Below are positions 1 to 8,484 of a stretch of DNA of 62,335 nt, piece after piece. This DNA comes from a virus (Duplodnaviria; Caudoviricetes). The stretch's first letter is position 1; each line of letters opens with the position of its first letter. The translations under genes and the position numbers were made by a program. The notes beneath the pieces are model-generated. The model searched no databases, had not been told where the DNA came from, and saw only the letters and a program-made list of their open reading frames with translations. The stretch is from IMG/VR virus record IMGVR_UViG_3300033521_000005, positions 1 to 62,335 of that record. One strand, written 5' to 3'.

Positions 1-141
1 CCGGTCAGTCTTGTTGCTGGCGCGGCTGATTACGACTTGGAGCCTCCGACCGCAACTTTGGTGACGAAGGTCATCCGTCTGTTCTACAAGAACCGGGAGC
101 TCAAGCCGGTTGCCCGCGACGACATTGCCTCCGCGACGTTC
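1..141. repeat. Terminal direct repeat, left copy (circularisation overlap)
   Basis: Bases 1-141 match 62195-62335 except position 15 (T) vs 62209 (C). Confidence 0.95.
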
Positions 142-510
142 TACAACCCGGCGGCACCAAACGCCGAGCAACAGTCTGAGCCAATCTGTTGGAGCCAGAA
201 GGACACCACGTCCTTTTCTGTGTGGCCCATCCCGAAAAGCTCTGAGGCTGGAGCCATCACAATCCGCGCGGCGCTGAAGCCAAGCCGGAGCTCAACAGCC
301 TGTCCAGACGTTTTGTTCGAGGACTACGCGGAATACATCGCTGCTGGCGCCAAGGCCCGCCTGATGATCACGCCCAACAAGTCGTACACCAATCCCAATC
401 TGGTGGTCACTAACAACCAGCTTTACATCCAAGGCATTGGCCTTGCCCGCATTCGCGCGGCCAAAGGACATACCCGTGCCAACCAGCGTGTGAAGCAGGT
501 ACGAATCTGA
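1..510 (+). CDS. Head-completion/adaptor protein, 3' part (gene starts at 62057 and wraps; ~215 aa)
   Basis: The frame from ATG 62057 (MASYDDFLPYV...) reads through the overlap into the 37..510 ORF; it follows the capsid/adaptor genes. Confidence 0.75.
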   Translation, partial: PVSLVAGAADYDLEPPTATLVTKVIRLFYKNRELKPVARDDIASATFYNPAAPNAEQQSEPICWSQKDTTSFSVWPIPKSSEAGAITIRAALKPSRSSTACPDVLFEDYAEYIAAGAKARLMITPNKSYTNPNLVVTNNQLYIQGIGLARIRAAKGHTRANQRVKQVRI

Positions 511-525
511 ATTTAGGAGCACCGA

Positions 526-912
526 ATGGCAAAGTACGCCCACCCTGACGTTCTGGACAACGGCCCGAACTACATCAAAACCAACTGCAACAAGATGGCT
601 GTGATCTCGGCCTACACCTTTGGCGCGACCTACGCCACGGTGGCCGCCGCGATCCTTGCCGAAGCCGCGATGGCCTCTGCCGATTTCACGCTCGGCACCG
701 CCACCAACGACCGCACCCTGACCACTGCCACAGGCAAGCAGGACACCGCTGCAAACGCGACCGGAGCCTCCAGTCACATTGCATTCTTGGACACCGTCAA
801 CAGCAAAGTTCTGTGGGTGACCGAGGAAACCTCCGGCCAGACTATCACTCTGGGCAATCCCGTCAACTTCCCCTCGCTGGTCTACACGGCCAAGCAACCC
901 ATCGCCGGTTAA
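526..912 (+). CDS. Small virion fibre subunit (128 aa)
   Basis: RBS AGGAG; Ala/Thr/Gly-rich, beta-type sequence; structural region. Confidence 0.65.
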   Translation: MAKYAHPDVLDNGPNYIKTNCNKMAVISAYTFGATYATVAAAILAEAAMASADFTLGTATNDRTLTTATGKQDTAANATGASSHIAFLDTVNSKVLWVTEETSGQTITLGNPVNFPSLVYTAKQPIAG

Positions 913-931
913 ACCGTAAAGGAAATCTCAA

Positions 932-1348
932 ATGGCAAATGCACTCTACCCCCTGTGGAAAGAAGCCCTGATTACCGGGCTGGCAAACTCCGCCCTGAAC
1001 GGCACAGGCACCACTGGCGTTTTCTGCGCTTTGGTGGACACGGGCGTCTACACCTACAGCGCGGCCCACCAGTTTTACTCGTCCCTGACCGGCGTGGTTG
1101 GCACCGACCAAGAAATTGGCGCGACCAAGACCTACGCAGGCGGCCTGTTTGACGGCGGCGACATCACGTTCCCGACTGTGACCGGCAACAGTGCCGAGGC
1201 TCTGGTCATCTACGTGAAGAACGCTGGCGCCAACACCACTTGGCGTCTGGTCGCTTACATCGACACTGGTGTTACCGGCCTGCCCGTGACCCCCAACGGC
1301 GGCAACATCACCGTCACTTGGAACGCCTCTGGCATTTTCCAACTGTAA
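932..1348 (+). CDS. Small virion fibre subunit (138 aa)
   Basis: RBS AAGGA; FDGGDITFPTVTG and PNGGNITVTW motifs typical of small phage fibre proteins. Confidence 0.65.
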   Translation: MANALYPLWKEALITGLANSALNGTGTTGVFCALVDTGVYTYSAAHQFYSSLTGVVGTDQEIGATKTYAGGLFDGGDITFPTVTGNSAEALVIYVKNAGANTTWRLVAYIDTGVTGLPVTPNGGNITVTWNASGIFQL

Positions 1349-1357
1349 GGGGCTGCA

Positions 1358-2563
1358 ATGGCAGACGTTGCCCTAACCAACGTGATGCAGTCGTGCTCCG
1401 CACCGGGCACGGCTGCTTTTGGCACGTTCACCGCTATTACGGGTCGTGACACCTTTGGCAATCGAATGACTGCCGCGCAGGACTGTCACTACATGGCAAT
1501 GGCTGTGGACGCCAATGGCGTCCCGACGGGCAACTGGGAGGCTGGCGAGGGTACATGGAACGGTTCTGCCCTGAGCCGCAACATCATCTACAAGTCATCC
1601 AACGCCGATGCGGTTGTGAACTTCACTGACGCCAAGGTCTACGTCTACGGCTCTTTGCTGCCAGACGAAACCCTCTGGCTGCAAGATGACCACAGTTTTC
1701 ACCAGCCCGCTTTGTCTGTGACCAACCCAACCAACCCGCCTGCCGGGATCATGGGCCATTTTGTTCGCAGTAATGCGGGTCGATTGATGCCGGGGTTTAT
1801 TGGCCCTTCCGGTTTGGACAGTCTGTTGCAGCCTCACATTGGCCGCAACCGTGCCGCATGGTGGCAGCCGCTGGGCAATGCCACAACCGTTCCAATCACC
1901 ACCGGCATTGCTGCCGCCACCGCAGTCGGCACCGCCACCTCTCGAAATGTGGCTGTAACCAATCTGTTGACCCGCATGAAGCGGCTTGGCTATGTGTCTG
2001 CCGCGACGGCTGGTTCGCTTGCTGGGCATTATTGGGCTACCGCTGGCGCTCAGTACACCGTGGGTACCGGCGCTGGTCTTGGTGGGTTCCATTACCTTTG
2101 CCGCTTTGCCACTTCTGATGCCGCCGCAGTGGCAGGCGCTCGCGCCTTTATTGGCATGTCGAGTTCGACAGCCGCGCCAAGCAACGTCGAACCCAGCACC
2201 CTGACCAACTCGGTCGGTCTTGCCCAGCTTTCGACTGACAACACTCAGTGGTACATGGTCTACGGCGGCTCTGCTGCACAGACGGCCATTGCGTTGGGCA
2301 CCACGATTGGCGCTCCAACGCTGAACAATACGGCGTTTGAACTGGCCCTATTTGCGCCGCCCAACAACAGCGGCCAAGTTGGCTACACCGTTACCAACCT
2401 TGGAACTGGTGTTGCTGTATCCGGCACGTTGACTGGTACTGCTGGCACAGCCATCCCGTCAAGCGCAACCCTGTTGGCACCTCGCGCATGGCGAACCAAC
2501 AACGCTACCGCTTTGGCGGTTGGCGTTGATGTTTGCGGCCTCTACATTGAAACGGACGAGTGA
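1358..2563 (+). CDS. Fibre tip / receptor-binding protein (401 aa)
   Basis: N-terminal WEAGEGTW..LSR..SSN fibre-anchor motif; beta-rich C-terminal domain. Confidence 0.6.
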   Translation: MADVALTNVMQSCSAPGTAAFGTFTAITGRDTFGNRMTAAQDCHYMAMAVDANGVPTGNWEAGEGTWNGSALSRNIIYKSSNADAVVNFTDAKVYVYGSLLPDETLWLQDDHSFHQPALSVTNPTNPPAGIMGHFVRSNAGRLMPGFIGPSGLDSLLQPHIGRNRAAWWQPLGNATTVPITTGIAAATAVGTATSRNVAVTNLLTRMKRLGYVSAATAGSLAGHYWATAGAQYTVGTGAGLGGFHYLCRFATSDAAAVAGARAFIGMSSSTAAPSNVEPSTLTNSVGLAQLSTDNTQWYMVYGGSAAQTAIALGTTIGAPTLNNTAFELALFAPPNNSGQVGYTVTNLGTGVAVSGTLTGTAGTAIPSSATLLAPRAWRTNNATALAVGVDVCGLYIETDE

Positions 2564-2724
2564 TGTACGAAATCAGCTTACAGACTGGTGAGGTTGTCCG
2601 AGTCTCGGACGGTAAGGTGGTTGCGCCTTGCCAGTCTGTTGACGACGCTGATTTCGTGGCCTACATCGAGTGGGTCAACGCTGGTAACCAGCCCGTAGTC
2701 ATCGACCAACCTCCCGCAGAATAA
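2563..2724 (+). CDS. Small tail-fibre assembly chaperone-like protein (53 aa; not in ORF track)
   Basis: TGATG overlap; MYEISLQTGEVVRVSDG...DFVAYIEWVNAGNQP resembles the Y-x-x-W-x-x-x-G-N-x-P chaperone motif. Confidence 0.6.
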   Translation: MYEISLQTGEVVRVSDGKVVAPCQSVDDADFVAYIEWVNAGNQPVVIDQPPAE

Positions 2725-2733
2725 GGTGGCGCT

Positions 2734-5700
2734 ATGGCAGTGCCAACCTTAGTCACTACAGTATCGACAGGGGTCACAAGCGCCGCGCTTTCAATTACCG
2801 CGCCGTCTCTAGCGTCTGTCGCCATAGGCAACGTAATTGTTGTCAAGGTTGCCGTTGTAGGCACTGCACCCGGCATACCGAGCACATGCACAGACACTTT
2901 AGGGAATACATACACTAGGCGAGGCAGCGCCTCAGCGGGCAATGCCTTAGTAGCCATTTTTACTGCGACGGCCACAGCCGCAGGCGCGTCCGTAGTTACG
3001 GTATCTGGATTTACAGGGACAGCCACTCGAATAGACATCGTAGTTGAAAAGTGGACTGGTATTGGCCCGCTTGTCATAGACGGATCACCAGCCAACTATT
3101 TGGCAGCATCAGGCGCATTAACCAACGCCTCGCTGCCTGCGATTGGCCTAACCCGTCCAAACTCGCCAATCACGGCAATTGTTGCTTTCACTGACAACGG
3201 CGGCTCGATTGGCACTGGCGCTGGCAACACATCCAACTACACGGACAACTTTACCGGGGCAATGGGTGTCTCGTCTGAGTACCGGATTTATCCGAACGCA
3301 GGCGCGGCAATTTTTACCAACGGTATAAACCCCAACAGCGTCCAAGAGGTGATGGTTGGTATTGGCTTGCAAGCGGTTTCGCTTGGGCCAACGATTACTG
3401 CCCAGCCCACTAGCAAGGGCGTCATTCAGGGCAGCACGGTTACCTTTGGCCTGACCGCCACCTCGGAGGGCACCGGCCTTTCGTACCAATGGCGCAAAGG
3501 CGGCGTCAACATCAGTCTGGCTACCAGCGCCAGCTACACGACGCCCGTCCTTGGTCTGGTTGATGATGGCGGCTCCTACGACTGCGTTGTCACAGACAGC
3601 TACGGCACAGTCACATCGACCACTGTATATACATCTGTCAGTGCCACGGCGGTTGCTGGCCCTGCATGGCATGAGATTGCCGGTGCAACGGTTGCCGGTA
3701 CGGCCAACGGCCCGCTGGTGGCCTCTGCCGGTGGCCCAGCCACCCAGACCCTGACGCCCGGACTGTTCACCAACAGCCAGAGTTTCTTTGCGCCCACCGT
3801 AGCCAATGCGACTGGTGGCGCACAGACGCTGACCCCAAGCCTTTATACCAACAGCCAAACCTTCTTTGCCCAGACAGTTGGGCGCGGCGCGGTCAATCTT
3901 GCGCCAACGCGGCTGACCAACACCTCGAGCTTGTTTGCGCCGACTGTGGCGGTCGGTGCAGTTGCGCTGACCCCAAGTCTGGTCACCAACGCCCAGACAT
4001 TCCCAGCCCCAACAGTCACTCGCGGCGCGGTCACGCTGGCCCCGTCGCTGCTGACCAATACCCAGAGCTTTTTTGGCCCAACGGTAGCTGTCGGCGCGAG
4101 CTCGCTGGCTCCGTCGCGGGTCACAAACGCTCAGACCTTCTACGGCCCGTCGATCACGGTTGGCCCGGTTACGCTGACCCCCGGTCTGTTCACCAACGCC
4201 CAGACGTTCTACAGCCCAACAGTTGGCCGTGGCGCCATCACGCTGACCCCGGCGCTAGTCAGCAATGCCCAGACCTTCTACGGCGCCACAGTGGCGGCTG
4301 GCGGCAATTCTCTGTCTGCTCCGTTCCTGACCAATAGCCAGACTTTCTTTGCCCCGACGGTTGGCCGAGGCGCAGTTACGCTGACGCAGATTGCGTTCAA
4401 CAGAAGCAACCGCATTCCCAATTCTGTTGCTGCCGGTGCTGTCCTTGGAGTCATTGGCTCCGGCGGCGCAGCGCCTACCGGCTGGTCTATTGGGGCAACA
4501 GTTGGCGTAGTTCGGGAGGTTGTTGGGGTTGGCTCGCTCCCAGACGGGAATCCATACGTTGACATCCGGTGGTACGGAACCAACTCGTCGGCTGCAACAA
4601 TTTTCCCCGACCTGTACTTTGCGCCGACATCGCTAAACATCGCCGCATCTGTTGGGATGACTGTTTCGGCTGGCTTGTATATCGAGCAGATTGCCGGAGC
4701 CAGAACCGGATTTACATCGACCACCAACAAGGTGAGTGTCGGCGGCTGGACTGCCGCAGGTGGGTTTATCGAGGCAACTGGCGTAACGGTAACCAGCGGC
4801 ACCAGAGCAACCGTAACGCGCACTTTGACTGGCGTTGCCAGCGCAAGGACGGCTGGATATGTCGATATGTCCGTCCCGGCCTCTGCCACGGTGGACATTA
4901 CGCTGCGCTTTTCTCAGCCGCAGCTTGAATACGGGACGCCAACAGAATACATCCCGACGTCCGGCACGGCTGTTGAGGCGGCAACGGTCAACCAGTTCTT
5001 CCCGGCGTCTCTTGGGGTGCTGCTGGCCCCGAGCCTGCTTGGAAACAGCCAGACCTTCTACGGCTCAACGGTCACTGTTGGCCCTGCGACCCTAAGCCCG
5101 CCGCGCCTGACCAACGCCCAGACGTTCTATGGCGCAACGGTGGCCGGTGGAGTGGTTGGCGTTGCCCCGGCACTGTTTACCAACAGCCAGACCTTCTTTG
5201 CCCCGGCGGTCGGTCGCGGCACGGTCACGCTGACGCCAACGCTGCTGGCGAGCTCGGGCTCGATCTTTGCGCCAACGCTAACCAAGGGCGCGGTCAATCT
5301 GTCGCCGCCGCTGTTTACCAGCGCCAATACCTTCTACGCAGCCACTGTCGGTCGTGGCGCGATCAGCCTGCTGCCAACCAAGCTCACCAACGCCCAGAGC
5401 TTCTTTGCGCCGTCGGTAGGCCAGATCACGCACACGCTGGCCGGTAATAACGTCGCCACCGCGACGACGTCCACCTCGGCTGCCGTCACTACCGCTCACA
5501 AACTGACCGGCGTAAACGTCGCTCAGGAAACAACTTCGACCTCCGGCTTTGCCGGACACAGCCTGCCACTGATTGGCGCCAATGTTGCGCAGCCCACGAC
5601 ATCTACCTCGGGCGCGGTCACTCAAACCCATGCGCTGACCGGCGCCAATGCTGTGCAGGACACTGCCAGCACGGCAGGACAGATCACGCCTGTTGTTGCC

Positions 5701-5982
5701 CTGTCTGGCAGCGACTCCTCGATCTGGCATGAATCGACGGCTGGCCGCGCAGACCAGATTCACGTCCTTGGCGGCGCAAGCACAGAACAGCCAACGCTTT
5801 CGTCTGTCGGGTACACGTTCCCCTACACATTGACCCCGGCTATTTACGTGGCCTCGGTGACAATCCAAGGCAACGTAGCGAAGGTGGCGGCGACAGCGAA
5901 GGCTTTGCCACCGCAGCCCAACAGATTGCCCGGACGGGTGGTCGCTGCCAACAACCGGGCCGTCGTGGACATGCGGAATTAA
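2734..5982 (+). CDS. Repeat-rich fibre scaffold protein with Ig-like domain (1082 aa)
   Basis: I-set-like motif PTITAQP..SYQWRK..DGGSYDCVV; ~15 copies of a 23-aa repeat and ~6 of a 22-aa repeat. Confidence 0.75.
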   Translation: MAVPTLVTTVSTGVTSAALSITAPSLASVAIGNVIVVKVAVVGTAPGIPSTCTDTLGNTYTRRGSASAGNALVAIFTATATAAGASVVTVSGFTGTATRIDIVVEKWTGIGPLVIDGSPANYLAASGALTNASLPAIGLTRPNSPITAIVAFTDNGGSIGTGAGNTSNYTDNFTGAMGVSSEYRIYPNAGAAIFTNGINPNSVQEVMVGIGLQAVSLGPTITAQPTSKGVIQGSTVTFGLTATSEGTGLSYQWRKGGVNISLATSASYTTPVLGLVDDGGSYDCVVTDSYGTVTSTTVYTSVSATAVAGPAWHEIAGATVAGTANGPLVASAGGPATQTLTPGLFTNSQSFFAPTVANATGGAQTLTPSLYTNSQTFFAQTVGRGAVNLAPTRLTNTSSLFAPTVAVGAVALTPSLVTNAQTFPAPTVTRGAVTLAPSLLTNTQSFFGPTVAVGASSLAPSRVTNAQTFYGPSITVGPVTLTPGLFTNAQTFYSPTVGRGAITLTPALVSNAQTFYGATVAAGGNSLSAPFLTNSQTFFAPTVGRGAVTLTQIAFNRSNRIPNSVAAGAVLGVIGSGGAAPTGWSIGATVGVVREVVGVGSLPDGNPYVDIRWYGTNSSAATIFPDLYFAPTSLNIAASVGMTVSAGLYIEQIAGARTGFTSTTNKVSVGGWTAAGGFIEATGVTVTSGTRATVTRTLTGVASARTAGYVDMSVPASATVDITLRFSQPQLEYGTPTEYIPTSGTAVEAATVNQFFPASLGVLLAPSLLGNSQTFYGSTVTVGPATLSPPRLTNAQTFYGATVAGGVVGVAPALFTNSQTFFAPAVGRGTVTLTPTLLASSGSIFAPTLTKGAVNLSPPLFTSANTFYAATVGRGAISLLPTKLTNAQSFFAPSVGQITHTLAGNNVATATTSTSAAVTTAHKLTGVNVAQETTSTSGFAGHSLPLIGANVAQPTTSTSGAVTQTHALTGANAVQDTASTAGQITPVVALSGSDSSIWHESTAGRADQIHVLGGASTEQPTLSSVGYTFPYTLTPAIYVASVTIQGNVAKVAATAKALPPQPNRLPGRVVAANNRAVVDMRN
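3748..5430 (+). repeat. Coding tandem repeat, 23 aa (L-x-P-x-L-x-T-N-x-Q-T-F-F/Y-x-P-T-V), interrupted by a ~200-aa insert
   Basis: Read directly in the translation: 9 copies, a split copy around the insert, then 6 copies. Confidence 0.85.
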
Positions 5983-5994
5983 GGAAACAGAACC

Positions 5995-6276
5995 ATGAGC
6001 ATCCTTGGCAAATACAACAAGCAGCCGGTCGAAGTCCAAGACTACGACATTGATTTCAACGACTACCTTGAGTTTCACAACGACACCGCTGTCAGTTTTT
6101 CGGCTGTTGCCGAGACCGGCTTGGTAGTGGAGGCGTCCAACCTGACGGACGGCGTGGTCAAGGTTTTTGTATCTGGCGGAACAGACGGCACCACCTACAA
6201 GGTGAGCGCCACAGTCACTACGCAGGGCGGTCGCGTCAAGCAGGGCGACATCCTTGTGAAAGTGAAGGAAGTTTGA
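5995..6276 (+). CDS. Fibre-adaptor/collar-like protein (93 aa)
   Basis: KQPxExxDYDIDF...SGGTDGTTYKV..TT..GR motif; paralog of 8172..8483. Confidence 0.7.
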   Translation: MSILGKYNKQPVEVQDYDIDFNDYLEFHNDTAVSFSAVAETGLVVEASNLTDGVVKVFVSGGTDGTTYKVSATVTTQGGRVKQGDILVKVKEV

Positions 6277-6368
6277 GGGACGTAAGAGGGCTCAGCCCCC
6301 TAAAATCCCTCGGCAAGCGATGACTTCAACGTCGCTATTTCTCAACCCCGGCAATCTTAGGAGTCATC

Positions 6369-6797
6369 ATGCCCGGTTTTTCTAAAGCTCTCGCCCAGTC
6401 GATCTTCGACGCAACCCTTGCCGCCTCGCGCACCAGCTTGTCGGCCAAACCCGGCGTCTATATGTCGCTGCACACCGCCGCCCCGGACGACAACTCTGGC
6501 GGCAATGAGGCCACCTACGCTGGCTATGCCCGCGTGAATGTCGCATCGTCCATGACGTCGTCTGTCACCGGCTCCGCACCGGAACAGTCTGTTACCGCGA
6601 CCAACAGTGCGGACATCAACTTCCCGGCATCGACCGGCGCCAACCAGACTGTGACCCACTGGGCCATTTGGTCTGACCAGTCTCTGGGCACTGGCGCTTA
6701 CCTGATGTACTCGGGCGCTCTGTCCTCGAGCCGCACGGTGCAGGCCGGTGACGTTGTGGTGATCCCAGCCAACCAACTCCAGATTGCACTGACCTAA
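6369..6797 (+). CDS. Small fibre subunit (142 aa)
   Basis: LHTAAP..EATYAGYAR..N..I.FP..HWAIW motif; paralog of the next gene. Confidence 0.75.
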   Translation: MPGFSKALAQSIFDATLAASRTSLSAKPGVYMSLHTAAPDDNSGGNEATYAGYARVNVASSMTSSVTGSAPEQSVTATNSADINFPASTGANQTVTHWAIWSDQSLGTGAYLMYSGALSSSRTVQAGDVVVIPANQLQIALT

Positions 6798-6799
6798 TC

Positions 6800-7231
6800 A
6801 TGGCTGGAATGTCCAAGTACCTCGCGCTCGCGTTGTTCAACGCTACGTTGAACCCGACGCGATCTGCCCTGACGCCTCCTGCTGGGCTTTGGCTTGGACT
6901 GCACACTGCCGCGCCCAGCGATGCAACTTACGGCACGGAAGCGACCTACGCTGGCTACGCGCGACAGGCTCTCAACAGTCTGACCGCAGAGACCCAGAAC
7001 GAGACCGTTGGTGGCGATGTTGACGTCTTGGTCACCAATGGCTCCGCTTTGGTGTTCCCGGCATCAACAGACTCGTCATCGCAGTCCATCAGCTATTGGT
7101 CGATTTGGGACGCGCAGAAGGCTGGCGACGGGAACGTCTTGTACTCTGGGCCTCTTGGCTCCCCGCGTCTGATCTCGTCCGGTGACAGCGTTGTTGTGCC
7201 AGAGGGCAACATTGCAATCCTGCTGAAATGA
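6800..7231 (+). CDS. Small fibre subunit (143 aa)
   Basis: Clear paralog of 6369..6797 (LHTAAP, EATYAGYAR, FPAST, YSG). Confidence 0.75.
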   Translation: MAGMSKYLALALFNATLNPTRSALTPPAGLWLGLHTAAPSDATYGTEATYAGYARQALNSLTAETQNETVGGDVDVLVTNGSALVFPASTDSSSQSISYWSIWDAQKAGDGNVLYSGPLGSPRLISSGDSVVVPEGNIAILLK

Positions 7232-8175
7232 CAGCCAACTACATCAACTCAGACGAAATCAACTCAGTCCCGTTTCCGGGGGCTGAGTCTGGTGCTTCTC
7301 TCGTCCAGTTGGTTGGTGAGATTCAGGCATCGGGCGCACTCAGTAGCGTCACGCTGCGCTTGCTGGCAACGGCGGCCATTGCCTGTACGGCAACGACGTC
7401 CATCCCGGCGGCAAAGGCCCGTTTTGGCGTAACACCGACGACCGAGTGTGTGGCGGCTACAACCGCTACCGCTCAAAGTAAGGTGCGGTTGTCGCCAGTT
7501 GTGCAGCCAGCCATTGCAGACTCCTTTGCATCTGCAATCTGCAAGCGGGCTGTTGGCGGGAGTGCAACGGCAGCAGCGGTGCAGACGGCACCCGTGTCTA
7601 AGGTGATGGTCAGCCTTGGGGCCAGCGCGGCGCCAGCCGCAGAAACAACAGCCTTTGCGTTCCGTAAGTGGCCGGTGTACCCAAATGCGGTTTTTGCTTT
7701 GGCCTCTACTTATGCGCAGGTTTTGTCAAAGGTCTTGCTTGGGGCCTCCACCCAAGGGCAGCCCGTCTCGTCTGTTGCTCCAATAGAGCGGCATCAGATT
7801 TCAGCTATCCAGAGCGCATCCGTCGCATCAACGGTCAACGCAGTTGCGCACCAGTCCGTCTCCGGCAATGCGGTGGCGGCGGCTGTTGCGCCTGCATTCA
7901 CAAGCCGCGCGTATCTGAGGACGCCCGTCACAATCTCCGCTGTGGCGAATGGCCTAGTCAACGCGATTGACCTTGTCCCGCGCAGCGCAAGTGTTGCGGC
8001 GTCCGCAATAACGCCCAACATCAACGCCGCCCTTGTGATGCACTTTGCAGCCGCCACAGTCGCAACAGTTTCCTCCGCCATTGCGGCAGCAGATTACTCA
8101 GCCACCATGCCAGCCCCGCTGGAGCGGCGCATGGCTCTTTCTCCAATCCTTAGACGTATGGAGGTGACAGAGTGA
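7228..8175 (+). CDS. Ala-rich degenerate-repeat fibre scaffold (315 aa)
   Basis: ATGA overlap; N-terminal IN..EIN motif; ~20-aa Ala-rich periodicity. Confidence 0.55.
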   Translation: MTANYINSDEINSVPFPGAESGASLVQLVGEIQASGALSSVTLRLLATAAIACTATTSIPAAKARFGVTPTTECVAATTATAQSKVRLSPVVQPAIADSFASAICKRAVGGSATAAAVQTAPVSKVMVSLGASAAPAAETTAFAFRKWPVYPNAVFALASTYAQVLSKVLLGASTQGQPVSSVAPIERHQISAIQSASVASTVNAVAHQSVSGNAVAAAVAPAFTSRAYLRTPVTISAVANGLVNAIDLVPRSASVAASAITPNINAALVMHFAAATVATVSSAIAAADYSATMPAPLERRMALSPILRRMEVTE

Positions 8176-8483
8176 TCCTCGGCACCTATGAAAAACAACC
8201 CGCCGACTCCTTGGACTATGACATCGACTTCTCAGCGATTCTTGACGCTGGAGATACGCTGGCATCGGTAGGGAGCCCTCCCGTCCCAACCCCACTGAGT
8301 GTTGTCGTGGCCCCGGTTGGGCTCACGATTGGCCCGACATTCGTGACCGAGGACGGCAAGACAATCAAGCAATGGATTTCCGGCGGAACCAACCGGATCA
8401 CCTACAAAATCACCCTCACTGCGACAACCAGTGCGGGCCGCGTAAAGCAAGTTGAATTTGTTGTCCGCGTAAAGGACGTTTGA
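8172..8483 (+). CDS. Fibre-adaptor/collar-like protein (103 aa)
   Basis: Paralog of 5995..6276 (KQP..LDYDIDF, SGGT..TYKI..TT.AGRVKQ). Confidence 0.7.
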   Translation: MILGTYEKQPADSLDYDIDFSAILDAGDTLASVGSPPVPTPLSVVVAPVGLTIGPTFVTEDGKTIKQWISGGTNRITYKITLTATTSAGRVKQVEFVVRVKDV

Positions 8484-8484
8484 T

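Noticed and set aside
1-141. Biological direct terminal repeats
   Set aside because: The repeat falls inside a structural gene far from the terS/non-coding region and is typical of assembly overlap.
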